From contig CAJJCP010000015.1 in NCBI GenBank assembly GCA_905182715.1, forward strand, positions 11,170 to 75,169: DNA of 64,000 nucleotides, read 5' to 3'. The translations under genes and the position numbers were made by a program. This document shows, piece after piece, positions 18,486 through 27,948 of this stretch (within the stretch, counting starts at the first letter, position 1; every line of letters begins with the position of its first letter). A model generated the notes under the pieces. It saw only the letters and a list, made by a program, of their open reading frames with translations. It ran no database searches and had not been told where the DNA came from. Origin of the DNA: an uncultured Candidatus Poseidoniales archaeon (GTDB lineage Archaea; Thermoplasmatota; Poseidoniia; Poseidoniales; Poseidoniaceae).

Positions 18486-20347
18486 TACTGACCGCCTCCT
18501 GCTTGTTCTGATGCTCGTTCAGCAATCATTGCCTTCACTTCATTAATTGCATCATTCAGATCAGAACGCATCTCTTCAAGAGGTTCTTGGCGGACTTTTA
18601 TTTCGCCATCTTCCATGTAAATGATGTTTAGAATCTTACCCCATTCTTCAAGTTCGCCAGGGAAATCCTCACGAGTGTGTCCGCCTCTGCTCTCTTCACG
18701 GGTAAGGGCAGCGAGTGTTGCAGCAATTGACACATCGACCATGTTTTTGAGGTCCAATGCTTGGTGCCATCCAGAATTGTATTTACGAGATGCACCTGGG
18801 AAACAGGCTTCTTGACGTTCATCGAATGCTTTCAAATCCTCTATGGCTTCTTGCATTTCTTCCTTTGTTCGAATAATACCAACTTTCGCTTGCATCATAT
18901 CTCTCATTTCATCATAAATACGCCCAGGATTTTCTCCTTCTTCTCTTTGAAGAGGTGCAATCATTACTTTGATTGCTGATTGAACTTGTGCATCATCGAT
19001 ATTTGGTTGTGCAAGATCCTCTGCTCGCTTTGAAGCAAATTCCCCAGCACGCTTACCAAAAGTAATCAGGTCAGACAACGAATTTCCGCCAAGACGGTTC
19101 GCTCCATGCAATCCAGAAGCAACTTCTCCACACGCATACAAGCCGGGGACATTGCTTTCTTGAGTTTCAGCATTGACACGAACACCACCCATCACATAGT
19201 GGGCAGTTGGGCCAACTTCCATAGGCTCGTTGGCAATATCGACACCTGCTAATTCTTTGAATTGATGATGCATCGATGGAAGTTTCTTCAAAATCGCTTC
19301 TTCCCCTCGGTAGGAGATGTCCAAGAATACGCCGCCGTGAGGCGAGCCCCTTCCTGCTTTCACCTCAGTATTGATTGCTTTTGCAACCACGTCACGTGTG
19401 AGTAATTCCGGAGGTCGACGAACAGTCGCCAGTTTGCCAGAGACAACTTCTTCGACCCATTGATCTGATTCTTCAATTGTATCTGCATGGTCTCCAGCAA
19501 ATCTCTCAGGAACATAATCGAACATGAAACGATCACCTTCAGAATTGGTTAACCTTCCACCTTCGCCCCGAACACCTTCAGTGACCAAAATACCACGAAC
19601 AGAAGGTGGCCATACCATTCCAGTTGGATGGAATTGAACAAATTCCATATCTCGAAGTTCAGCGCCAGCCCAGAGAGCAAGTGCATGACCGTCACCGGTG
19701 TATTCCCAAGAACCCGAGCAAACGGACCAACATCGAGTAATTCCGCCGGTAGCAAGAATTACAGATTTACCTGAGAATGCATGAAATTCACCGTCAACAC
19801 GCGTATATGCTACGCAACCGGTGACTCTATCACCTTCTTTGAGAAGATGCCGAACCGTATATTCCATGAAAATATCAATGCCTTCGTGGATGCCTCTTTC
19901 TTGGAGGGTGCGAATCAATTCCAAACCTGTAGCATCGCCAACGTGAGCGAGTCGAGGGAATGTGTGCCCTCCGAAATTCCGTTGATTGATTCTGTTTTCA
20001 GGAGTTCGGTCAAAGACGGCTCCCCACTGTTCGAGTTCACGAACACGGTCAGGTGCTTCTTTGGCATGGAATTCAGCCATTCGCCAATCAGCAAGCCATT
20101 TACTTCCCTTCATGGTGTCGTGAAAGTGTACTTTCCAACCGTCTCGAGGGTCTGCGTTTTGCAATGCAGCAGCACAACCACCTTCGGCCATAACTGTGTG
20201 AGCTTTGCCAAGCAAAGATTTGGTAATAATTGCAGTTTTTGCACCACTTCGTGCCGCTTCAATCGCAGCACGTAGACCAGCACCACCTGCTCCGATGACA
20301 ATAACGTCGTATTCGTGTTTCATGTATTCTTCTGTCATCATCATCAC
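18485..20347 (-). CDS. sdhA: Succinate dehydrogenase/fumarate reductase flavoprotein subunit
   Basis: Motifs are YDVIVIGAGGAGLRAAIEA (FAD fold), HTVMAEGG (FAD-attachment His region), FVQFHPTG and GLHGANRLGGNSL. The gene overlaps sdhB by 1 nt. Confidence 0.9.
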   Translation of the reverse strand: MMMMTEEYMKHEYDVIVIGAGGAGLRAAIEAARSGAKTAIITKSLLGKAHTVMAEGGCAAALQNADPRDGWKVHFHDTMKGSKWLADWRMAEFHAKEAPDRVRELEQWGAVFDRTPENRINQRNFGGHTFPRLAHVGDATGLELIRTLQERGIHEGIDIFMEYTVRHLLKEGDRVTGCVAYTRVDGEFHAFSGKSVILATGGITRCWSVCSGSWEYTGDGHALALWAGAELRDMEFVQFHPTGMVWPPSVRGILVTEGVRGEGGRLTNSEGDRFMFDYVPERFAGDHADTIEESDQWVEEVVSGKLATVRRPPELLTRDVVAKAINTEVKAGRGSPHGGVFLDISYRGEEAILKKLPSMHHQFKELAGVDIANEPMEVGPTAHYVMGGVRVNAETQESNVPGLYACGEVASGLHGANRLGGNSLSDLITFGKRAGEFASKRAEDLAQPNIDDAQVQSAIKVMIAPLQREEGENPGRIYDEMRDMMQAKVGIIRTKEEMQEAIEDLKAFDERQEACFPGASRKYNSGWHQALDLKNMVDVSIAATLAALTREESRGGHTREDFPGELEEWGKILNIIYMEDGEIKVRQEPLEEMRSDLNDAINEVKAMIAERASEQAGGGQ

Positions 20348-20348
20348 C

Positions 20349-21170
20349 TCAAATCACAAACAGCGCCATATCGCTCAAATATCCTTCACGTACAGCTAAG
20401 ACCCAAAGGTCGCCTAAGAATACAAAGGTCAATGATGTCCAGAACCAAAATCCATGGGAACGGTTGAGTACACTGATGCGTCCAAACAACTTGCCACGGA
20501 TTTTACTGATTCCAGTCGTCCATCGGTCTAACGCACCACCGGCAAAGTGACGAAGAGCGTGGCAAGAGGTAACATACATGGTCAAGAGAAATGCTTCAAC
20601 ACCCATCACTAATGTTCCAATTGACATCCCATAACCATCTGTAAAGTGGAGGGTGTGAGTGACATCCCACCATTTAATGGCAAGAATAATCATGGCAGCG
20701 TAGAGGAAATAGCGATGTAGATTGTTAATGATGAATAATCTCTTTTCACCCTTGTAACCAAGTTTCTTGTTGATCTCAGGTTCATCAACCCAACAAGCAG
20801 TAGGGCTAGCAAAGAAAGTACGGTAGTAGACCCGTCGCATGTAGTAACAGGTTCCCCTAAATCCAAAAGGAATCCAAAGGACCAATACCGCTGCATTGAC
20901 CCATGAGGGGTGATTCCATTCATTGAGTCCAAACAAATCCCATTCAAGAACATTCGGAGAGAAGATCGGTGACATCACAGTACTGCCCTCAAGCTCATAT
21001 GAGATTGACTCAGGATAAAGGAAAAGTCGCCATCCAGTATAGAGCATAGCGGCCGTTAATCCGAGCGCCATAGCTAACGGTTGCCTAAGCCAATTGTCGA
21101 TTCGATTCGTACGTCCCAGACCGTTAAGAACTGGAAGTTTTATCCCTTCACCCATGGAATTCACCAGCAA
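20349..21170 (-). CDS. Putative membrane anchor (cytochrome b-like) subunit of the Sdh/Frd complex
   Basis: This polytopic membrane protein with conserved His residues lies immediately upstream of, and co-directional with, sdhA/sdhB. No second small anchor subunit is present. Confidence 0.5.
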   Translation of the reverse strand: MLVNSMGEGIKLPVLNGLGRTNRIDNWLRQPLAMALGLTAAMLYTGWRLFLYPESISYELEGSTVMSPIFSPNVLEWDLFGLNEWNHPSWVNAAVLVLWIPFGFRGTCYYMRRVYYRTFFASPTACWVDEPEINKKLGYKGEKRLFIINNLHRYFLYAAMIILAIKWWDVTHTLHFTDGYGMSIGTLVMGVEAFLLTMYVTSCHALRHFAGGALDRWTTGISKIRGKLFGRISVLNRSHGFWFWTSLTFVFLGDLWVLAVREGYLSDMALFVI

Positions 21171-21216
21171 CCGCTACGGCTGCTATCTACATCGAGTCGA
21201 CCAAGGTCTTTGAGGT

Positions 21217-21852
21217 TCACGCTTCAACCACCTGTTGCTGGAAGAAAGAGAATCCGTCATTAAAGACAGTTTCATTCGCCCAATAAGTTTTCGATTGCCA
21301 CGCCATAACGCCATTTTCGGCAATGAGTTGGAGGGTCGGCGTTCCTGGATTTCCGTAGGCAGAATAAATCGATGTTCCCGTTTTTTCACCTGTTTCCAAA
21401 TCATATGCTTGTGTTTCTTCAGTAGGGATCACGATTTTCCATGGAGTGTAATGTGACGATTCATTGGCAGTTCCAAAGACATTCATCATTTCATCCTTCG
21501 ATTCCAATTCTGCCCATCGGTGTACGCTGATGATGGTTATGTTGGAGTCATTAAAAACGCCAGAGTCTACTTTTTCCCGTATCATGTCCGTCCAATCATG
21601 GCAACCAGTACACCCTGCTCCTACCCAAAGAAGCATAACAGGTCCATTCTCAAGTTCATCTTTCAAATCAAACTGAATGCCTTCATCTTCAGCTCTGTTC
21701 AGAGTTTCGGATTTGAATGCCAATTCAAAGGGGAGGGGTTCTGTCTCTGAAGTATTTTCAGACTCATTATTCTGAATTTCGATGCATCCTGGAGTTAGGA
21801 GAACAACCGTAACCAATGTGAAAAGAAGTTCACGCAGCATTTCCGTCACCAT
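21217..21852 (-). CDS. Thioredoxin-fold (TlpA/redoxin-like) lipoprotein
   Basis: The leader ends in LLTPGC, which looks like a lipobox. A CxxC active site sits in LLWVGAGCTGCHDW. Confidence 0.55.
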   Translation of the reverse strand: MVTEMLRELLFTLVTVVLLTPGCIEIQNNESENTSETEPLPFELAFKSETLNRAEDEGIQFDLKDELENGPVMLLWVGAGCTGCHDWTDMIREKVDSGVFNDSNITIISVHRWAELESKDEMMNVFGTANESSHYTPWKIVIPTEETQAYDLETGEKTGTSIYSAYGNPGTPTLQLIAENGVMAWQSKTYWANETVFNDGFSFFQQQVVEA

Positions 21853-23440
21853 GGGCGATGGTTTTTGCTTTCACTGGAGTTGGTGATTGTTTCTTCACCT
21901 TCGGACGTCGTACGTCCTTGAACCATGAATCAACACCGTTCCAATCTGCACGGATTCCAAGGTCTGCGAGTAGAAGTTTACTGCTGATTCGAGCACTTTC
22001 AAAAATGGTTGGCAATCCACTACCGGGGTGGGTTCCGCCTCCGACGATGTAGAGGTTCTTTGCTTCTTCAAAACGATTGTTCGGACGTCGCCAAAGCATT
22101 TGTTTGAGGTCATGAGTTAGGTTGAATACAGCACCTCGATAAATATCGGATGCGCCCCAATCATCAGGCGTCATAATCGTTTCCGAAACAATGTGGTCTG
22201 CGATATCATCGTAGCCAAGTTTGGCGAGTTGCTTAATGATTAAATCACGGAAATCGTCTTTGATATCGTCCCATACAATCGACTCATGGGTATTTGGGAC
22301 CGGTACGAGGACATAAACCGTAGAATGGCCTTCTGGCGCAAGACTGTCATCAGTGATGCTGGCGTTTTGAACATACACGGAAGGATCATCCCAAGTCAAA
22401 CGGTGATTGGTAATATCTTCGAGGTTTTGTTCGTAGGAAGAAGATGCGTAGATTTGATGATGATGAAGATCATACTTCTTGTCGACGCCCAAGTAGAGCA
22501 TAAATGTCGAACACGAGTATCCTTTCTTCTCGAGTTTTTTATTCGACCACTTCTTTCTCTTTTCATCAGGAACAAGCGTAGTCATTGCATGAGCAAAGTC
22601 AGCATTCATAACGACTTTATCAACAAGAATATCTTCGCCTTCTGCGCGAACTCCAACAACGGTTTTGCCTTCATAAATCAGCGATGTAACAGGGGTGCTG
22701 CAACGAATCTTAACACCCATTTCTTCCGCAATCTCACCCATTCGGGCAGTAATACTTCCGAGGCCACCTTTCGCATGGAAGATTCCATGTTCGTATTCCA
22801 AGAATGCGAGAATAGTAAACAGTGAAGGGGCATGAAATGGGCTCATTCCAAGATACTTCGTTTGAAATGACATTGCCAAACGTACTCGCTCATCGTCAAA
22901 GTGTCTGCTAAGGTCACTTGCAACACTGGACCACGGCTTTAGAACAGTCGCAACACGTATGGCGCGCTTTGACAATACATCAAGTGGACTTGTCCAAGGA
23001 GTCTGTAAGCATTGTTTGGAAAAATCAAGTTTCTTACGGTTTTGAGTGACGTAGTTTTTGAAACCGTTTGCATTCTTTTCACCCGCCAATTCATGAATAC
23101 GTTGAGTCATTGCTTCAAGGTCGCTTGTAGCATCGATGTGTCCGCCTGCTCCAAATACCAAACGATACATTGGGTCGAGTGGCATCAAACCGAGCTCTTT
23201 GTGTGCATCTCGCCCGATTGCTTGAAAAATCTGTTCGATGACTTCAGGGTAGTGGAAAAAAGTAGGTCCACGGTCAAATGTAAATCCGTCCTTGTGAACC
23301 AGTTTTGTTCGGCCGCCGACTTTCTCTTCTTTCTCCAGAACAGTTACATCAACGCCAGAATGGGCGAGCAGTAGTGCACTTGCTAGGCCTCCGGGGCCGG
23401 AACCTACAATCACTGCAGTGGGCTTGTTTACTTCTGTCAT
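21830..23440 (-). CDS. CrtI-family (phytoene desaturase-like) FAD-dependent oxidoreductase
   Basis: AVIVGSGPGGLASALLLAHSGVDVTVLEKEEKVGGR is a dinucleotide-binding fold. The C-terminal signature is YIVGGGTHPGSGLPTIFESARISSKL. I prefer the ATG at 23440 (MTEVNKP...); the ORF is open to 23518. Confidence 0.75.
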   Translation of the reverse strand: MTEVNKPTAVIVGSGPGGLASALLLAHSGVDVTVLEKEEKVGGRTKLVHKDGFTFDRGPTFFHYPEVIEQIFQAIGRDAHKELGLMPLDPMYRLVFGAGGHIDATSDLEAMTQRIHELAGEKNANGFKNYVTQNRKKLDFSKQCLQTPWTSPLDVLSKRAIRVATVLKPWSSVASDLSRHFDDERVRLAMSFQTKYLGMSPFHAPSLFTILAFLEYEHGIFHAKGGLGSITARMGEIAEEMGVKIRCSTPVTSLIYEGKTVVGVRAEGEDILVDKVVMNADFAHAMTTLVPDEKRKKWSNKKLEKKGYSCSTFMLYLGVDKKYDLHHHQIYASSSYEQNLEDITNHRLTWDDPSVYVQNASITDDSLAPEGHSTVYVLVPVPNTHESIVWDDIKDDFRDLIIKQLAKLGYDDIADHIVSETIMTPDDWGASDIYRGAVFNLTHDLKQMLWRRPNNRFEEAKNLYIVGGGTHPGSGLPTIFESARISSKLLLADLGIRADWNGVDSWFKDVRRPKVKKQSPTPVKAKTIAHGDGNAA

Positions 23441-23605
23441 GTTCCCTACTCCTCGGGTGACCATATAAAAGACCGTTTGTATCCCTATTTGGGTGGCGAA
23501 TAAATTCGTATCACTCAATTTAATTTCATCAACGCATCATCATTCATAAGCATCTTAAGTCACCCCATGGTGGACTGGACACAGCCTTAGGTTGGTAGTG
23601 ATATT

Positions 23606-24856
23606 ATGGCCGATTGGAGTTCAAAAAACCCATACCAAACTCAAATTACTGAGAATTACGTTCTTAACGGTGAAGGTTCACGCAAAGAAACTCGCCACAT
23701 TGTCTTCGCACTCGGCGATTCAGGCTTAGACTACAAGGTTGGTGATGCTCTTGGTATCGTATCAGAAAACCCCCCTCATATTGTTGAAGAATTGATTGAA
23801 GTTCAAGGTTGGGACAGAGATCAAAGAGTCGAGACTCACAACGGGGAGCGCGACCTCTACACTGCTCTCAAGAAAGATTTCGAAGTCCACATGGCGAATA
23901 AGAAATTCGTTCAATCACTCGCCGGTAAAGTTGTCTCTTCGGGCATGAAGATTTCATTAAAAATCGTCGCACGAAGCCGCTCTGATGAAGATTGGCAATC
24001 CTCCGAATCTTCATCTCTACCACCTGGCTTGGCATCGAGTAAACCATCCGATGACCCTGCAGCAAAGGTCGAAGCACTTCTTGGCGATGAAAAGGCAGTC
24101 GTCGATTATCTATGGACTCGTGATTATGTCGACATCATGCGCGAATTTGGTGCTAAGTACTCTCCAGAAGAATTCTTTGAATTAGCATCACGGCTCAAAC
24201 CGCGATTGTACTCAATTGCTTCATCCCATGACGCTCACCCAGGTTTCGTTGAATTAACCGTCGGTATCGTTCGTTTCGAGTACCATAACCGCGCCCGTGG
24301 TGGATTGTGTACACAATATATGGCTGATGAGATTAAGACCAATGGCCAACCAATTGGCGTCTTTATGTCACCAACGAAATCATTTATTCTTCCTGAAGAC
24401 AAAGATGTCGACATCATCATGGTTGGACCGGGTACAGGTATCGCTCCATTCCGTGCATTCATGGAACAGCGAGTTTTCGATGGTGGCAAAGGAAAGAACT
24501 GGCTCTTCTTTGGTGACCAATCATCAAAAACTGAATTTTATTATCAAGAACAAATAGAGGGATGGATGGACTCAGGTAGTCTGTATAGATTCACGACTGC
24601 ATGGTCCCGAGACCAAGAAAAGAAGATCTATGTTCAACATCGCCTCAAAGAACACGGGGAAGAGATTTGGCAATGGTTTGAGAACGGCGCTTACTTCTAC
24701 ATTTGTGGTGATAAAACCTACATGGCAAAGGATGTTCATCGAGCATTGATTGAAATCGCGATGGAACATGGTGGGATGTCCGAAGAAGATGCGACTCACT
24801 TTATTGGAACGACAATGATGCGTGAAGAGAAGCGTTACTTACGTGACGTCTACTGA
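23606..24856 (+). CDS. FNR-type FAD/NAD(P)H oxidoreductase, CysJ / diflavin-reductase C-terminal-like (no flavodoxin domain)
   Basis: Motifs are RLYSIASS (RxYS FAD motif), IIMVGPGTGIAPFRAF (NADPH site), YFYICGD and the terminal YLRDVY. Confidence 0.75.
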   Translation: MADWSSKNPYQTQITENYVLNGEGSRKETRHIVFALGDSGLDYKVGDALGIVSENPPHIVEELIEVQGWDRDQRVETHNGERDLYTALKKDFEVHMANKKFVQSLAGKVVSSGMKISLKIVARSRSDEDWQSSESSSLPPGLASSKPSDDPAAKVEALLGDEKAVVDYLWTRDYVDIMREFGAKYSPEEFFELASRLKPRLYSIASSHDAHPGFVELTVGIVRFEYHNRARGGLCTQYMADEIKTNGQPIGVFMSPTKSFILPEDKDVDIIMVGPGTGIAPFRAFMEQRVFDGGKGKNWLFFGDQSSKTEFYYQEQIEGWMDSGSLYRFTTAWSRDQEKKIYVQHRLKEHGEEIWQWFENGAYFYICGDKTYMAKDVHRALIEIAMEHGGMSEEDATHFIGTTMMREEKRYLRDVY

Positions 24857-24961
24857 TCGACCTTCTAAAAATGGAAAAAGCCCCTCTTCCTTCCAAGGGC
24901 CATCAGACTGAATGCAGAAGCCCACTCCGATTCACATCGTGTGTGGATTTGCTTCTTGGAC

Positions 24962-25435
24962 TTATTCAAGTCCTTCAGTTGGCAATGGAACGCTGGTTAC
25001 GGGGATGCCCTGTTCAATCGCTCGTTCTTCCATACGCTTTGTCCAAATCGAGTCCGGTCCAGGGAACGAGAGCATGTGTGTCGCACGTTCGAGCATGGTT
25101 CGAGCTAAAGTCGCAACCGCCTCTGGGCGTCCGGAGTCATGTGCAGAATGAGGGCGAGGTGCAGTCCAAGCCTCGCTAAATACGGCCAGTTGAATGTTGT
25201 TGTTATCTGACCATCGCTCGGCGAGATAATCGACTCCACTCGCCCCTCCAAGAATGATAAGATCCGGATAACCATTGGCTTCTACCCACAGTTCAATTTG
25301 TTCTTCTAACCAAGCATAGTCATAAAATTTTGAATTACCGCAAATGATTAGATTCACAATTCTTCCGTCTTTGTTCAAATCAATTCCTGCTAATCGGTTG
25401 AGGGCCTCTGCTCCGGTCTGAGTGTTACGCATCAT
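24962..25435 (-). CDS. DUF2493 / SLOG-superfamily protein (YspA-like)
   Basis: NLIICGNSKFYDY...DLIILGGASGVDYLAERWSDNNNIQLAVFSEAW...MLERATHMLSFPGPDS...AIEQGIPV matches the DUF2493 pattern as I remember it (GsR...vhGGa.GaD..a..wA......f.A.W). Confidence 0.55.
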   Translation of the reverse strand: MMRNTQTGAEALNRLAGIDLNKDGRIVNLIICGNSKFYDYAWLEEQIELWVEANGYPDLIILGGASGVDYLAERWSDNNNIQLAVFSEAWTAPRPHSAHDSGRPEAVATLARTMLERATHMLSFPGPDSIWTKRMEERAIEQGIPVTSVPLPTEGLE

Positions 25436-25483
25436 GTTACCGAATCGCAGTCATGTGATATTAAACTTGTGCGTTTTTTCTAG

Positions 25484-25507
25484 ATAATGGATGCAAAAAT
25501 CCATTAT
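25484..25507. promoter_or_regulatory. Perfect 9-bp inverted repeat with 6-nt spacer in a divergent promoter region
   Basis: ATAATGGAT-gcaaaa-ATCCATTAT lies in the AT-rich spacer between the DUF2493 gene (-) and accC (+). Confidence 0.3.
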
Positions 25508-25635
25508 TCTACCGTTTTCTGTAAAAATTTCTCAATATATTAAGAATTCCAAGAAGAAGAATGGGTTCAAAAAAGGTCACTTTCTACAATTCTTGAACCG
25601 TTGGCATCATAGAGTAATTACTCTTCGACTCATCT

Positions 25636-26976
25636 ATGGGATTCAAGCGTGTCCTCATTGCTAACCGCGGTGAAATTGCTCTACGAATACTTCGAACCTT
25701 GCGTGACATGGGTATTGAAGCGGCGATTATCCATGGGAGAGAGGACCGATTATCACTCCCTGTACGATTTGCAGACATTGCTTATGCAAACTACAAACAA
25801 AACCCCTTGGACTCTTACTTGGATATCGAATCCGTAATCAAAGCAGCCAAAGAAATGGGTTGTGATGCTGTACATCCAGGCTACGGGTTTCTTGCCGAAA
25901 ACGCGACGTTTGTTCGACGATTAAAGGAGGAGGGCATTACATTCATTGGCCCCTCTTCAGATGTAATCACTCTACTCGGCGATAAAATTGAAGCAAGAGC
26001 AGCAATGGAAGCTGCGGGATTACCTACGGCTAAAGGTTCATCAGAATCTATTTCAGATGCGATTGTTGCATCGGCATTGGCAGAGGATATTGGCTACCCT
26101 GTGATCATTAAAGCCGCTGCAGGTGGTGGGGGTATCGGTATGCAAATCGTTGAAGAATCCAGCGAATTCGAAAATGCTTTGAAACTCTGTCAATCCCGAG
26201 CCCGTTCTGCTTTTGGCGATGAAAGAGTCTTCGTGGAAAAGTACATTCAAGGTGCTCAACATATTGAATTCCAGGTACTCGGGGATGGCAAAAAGGCCAT
26301 TCATTTTGGTGAACGGTTCTGTTCTATTCAACGTCGCCATCAAAAGTTGGTCGAAGAGGGCCCTTGGCTCAGCGATGAAAAGCGAGAGGAAATCGGTGCA
26401 TTGGTATGCAAGGGCGCAGAGTCCGTAGGATACAAGGGTTTAGCGACATTTGAGTTTTTACGTGATGCAAACGGTGACTTCTACTTCCTTGAGGTGAACC
26501 CTCGTGTCCAGGTTGAACATACGGTGACCGAGTTAATCACAGGGCATAATTTAGTCGAACTTGGTATTCGGGTGGCTCAAGGAGAACCTCTTCCTCTTGA
26601 ACAAAAGGATATCGTTCTGAGAGGCCATGCAATCCAATGCCGCCTCAATGCTGAAGACCCTCGAAATTTCATCCCAAGCCCTGGTCGCCTATGGGAGTGT
26701 CACTTCCCTTCAGGATACGGCGTTCGAGTTGATACACATGCTTATCCTGGGTACGAAATGCCTGGATGCTTTGATTCACTGCTGGCCAAATTACTGGTTT
26801 GGGGTAAAGATCGAGAAGATGCCGTGAAGCGTATGCGGACCGCTTTGGATGAAACAACAATCTCTGGCGTTGAACACTTGATTCCACTCCATCGCAGAAT
26901 AATGGATGAAGCCGATTTCCTTCAAAAGGACATCACGATTCAATATATCGACATGCATCAAGAATTGCTTGGTTGA
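25636..26976 (+). CDS. accC: Biotin carboxylase subunit of an acyl-CoA carboxylase
   Basis: FKRVLIANRGEIALRILRTLRDMGIE and the ATP-grasp motif GYPVIIKAAAGGGGIGMQIV are present, along with HIEFQVLGD, FLEVNPRVQVEHTVTE and RLNAEDP. Confidence 0.9.
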   Translation: MGFKRVLIANRGEIALRILRTLRDMGIEAAIIHGREDRLSLPVRFADIAYANYKQNPLDSYLDIESVIKAAKEMGCDAVHPGYGFLAENATFVRRLKEEGITFIGPSSDVITLLGDKIEARAAMEAAGLPTAKGSSESISDAIVASALAEDIGYPVIIKAAAGGGGIGMQIVEESSEFENALKLCQSRARSAFGDERVFVEKYIQGAQHIEFQVLGDGKKAIHFGERFCSIQRRHQKLVEEGPWLSDEKREEIGALVCKGAESVGYKGLATFEFLRDANGDFYFLEVNPRVQVEHTVTELITGHNLVELGIRVAQGEPLPLEQKDIVLRGHAIQCRLNAEDPRNFIPSPGRLWECHFPSGYGVRVDTHAYPGYEMPGCFDSLLAKLLVWGKDREDAVKRMRTALDETTISGVEHLIPLHRRIMDEADFLQKDITIQYIDMHQELLG

Positions 26977-27947
26977 GCACTCGGGCGAAACGAAAGGGAG
27001 AAGTAGCGATTTCTACTGGCCCAATCATGGATGTCTTAATCGTTGGAAGTATTGCTTACGACAGTGTTGCTTCTCCGATTGGTAATGTGAAAGATGCACT
27101 CGGTGGTTCAGCGACGTATGCAGGTCTTGCCTGTTCATTTCACGCCAAGCGCCTCTCATTGAAGCAAGTAGGGCTTGTGGGCGTCGTAGGCGAGGATTTT
27201 ACTGAGAAAGACCGAACCCTCTTAGCAGATTGCGGTTTGGATTTAACTGGTATTGAAACAGCAGAGGGCGAGACGTTCCGATGGTCAGGTTCGTACCATG
27301 GTTCGATGGCTGAAGCACAAACTCATGAGACGCATCTCAACGTGTTTGAACATTTTGAACCAAAGGTCCCAGCATCTCATCAGTCTCCTCAGATTACATT
27401 CTGTGCAAATCTCCACCCTGCTCTGCAAGCCAGTGTACTGCAACAAGCTACACCGCAACGTCTTTCAATGCTTGATTCTATGAATTTGTGGATCAACATA
27501 GCTCGTGATTCCTTAATTGAAGTCATGAAAGAAGTTGACCTCGTCATCATCAATGACGGAGAAGTCCGAATGTTGGCTGATGACGAAAATTTGATTCGAG
27601 CAGCTCGAAAAGTTATCCAAATGATAGGGGCGGAAACTCTCGTCATCAAACGCGGTGAGCATGGGGTAATTGCGTTTCATGGCTCTGATATCATCTCTCT
27701 CCCGGCCTTCCCAACTGAAAAAGTAGTCGATCCAACTGGATGCGGTGACACCTTCGCCGGCTCAATTGCTGCACACTTGGCGTCAGGCAATGGCCCCTTA
27801 ACTCGAGATGAACTGCGCCAAGCGTTACTTGCTGCAACAGTAAGTGCAAGCTTTACCCTTGAGTCATTTGGCATCGAAGGCTTACAGTCGATGACAGAAG
27901 AACGATTTAATCAGCGCTTGTCTCTGTTTGGGCAGATGCTTAATTGA
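26973..27947 (+). CDS. PfkB-family carbohydrate/nucleoside kinase
   Basis: MDVLIVGSIAYDSV is a typical N-terminus for the family, and DPTGCGDTFAGS is the PfkB signature 2. The longest ORF starts at TTG 26973, overlapping the accC stop. ATG 27027 is a plausible true start. Confidence 0.75.
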   Translation: MSTRAKRKGEVAISTGPIMDVLIVGSIAYDSVASPIGNVKDALGGSATYAGLACSFHAKRLSLKQVGLVGVVGEDFTEKDRTLLADCGLDLTGIETAEGETFRWSGSYHGSMAEAQTHETHLNVFEHFEPKVPASHQSPQITFCANLHPALQASVLQQATPQRLSMLDSMNLWINIARDSLIEVMKEVDLVIINDGEVRMLADDENLIRAARKVIQMIGAETLVIKRGEHGVIAFHGSDIISLPAFPTEKVVDPTGCGDTFAGSIAAHLASGNGPLTRDELRQALLAATVSASFTLESFGIEGLQSMTEERFNQRLSLFGQMLN

Positions 27948-27948
27948 T

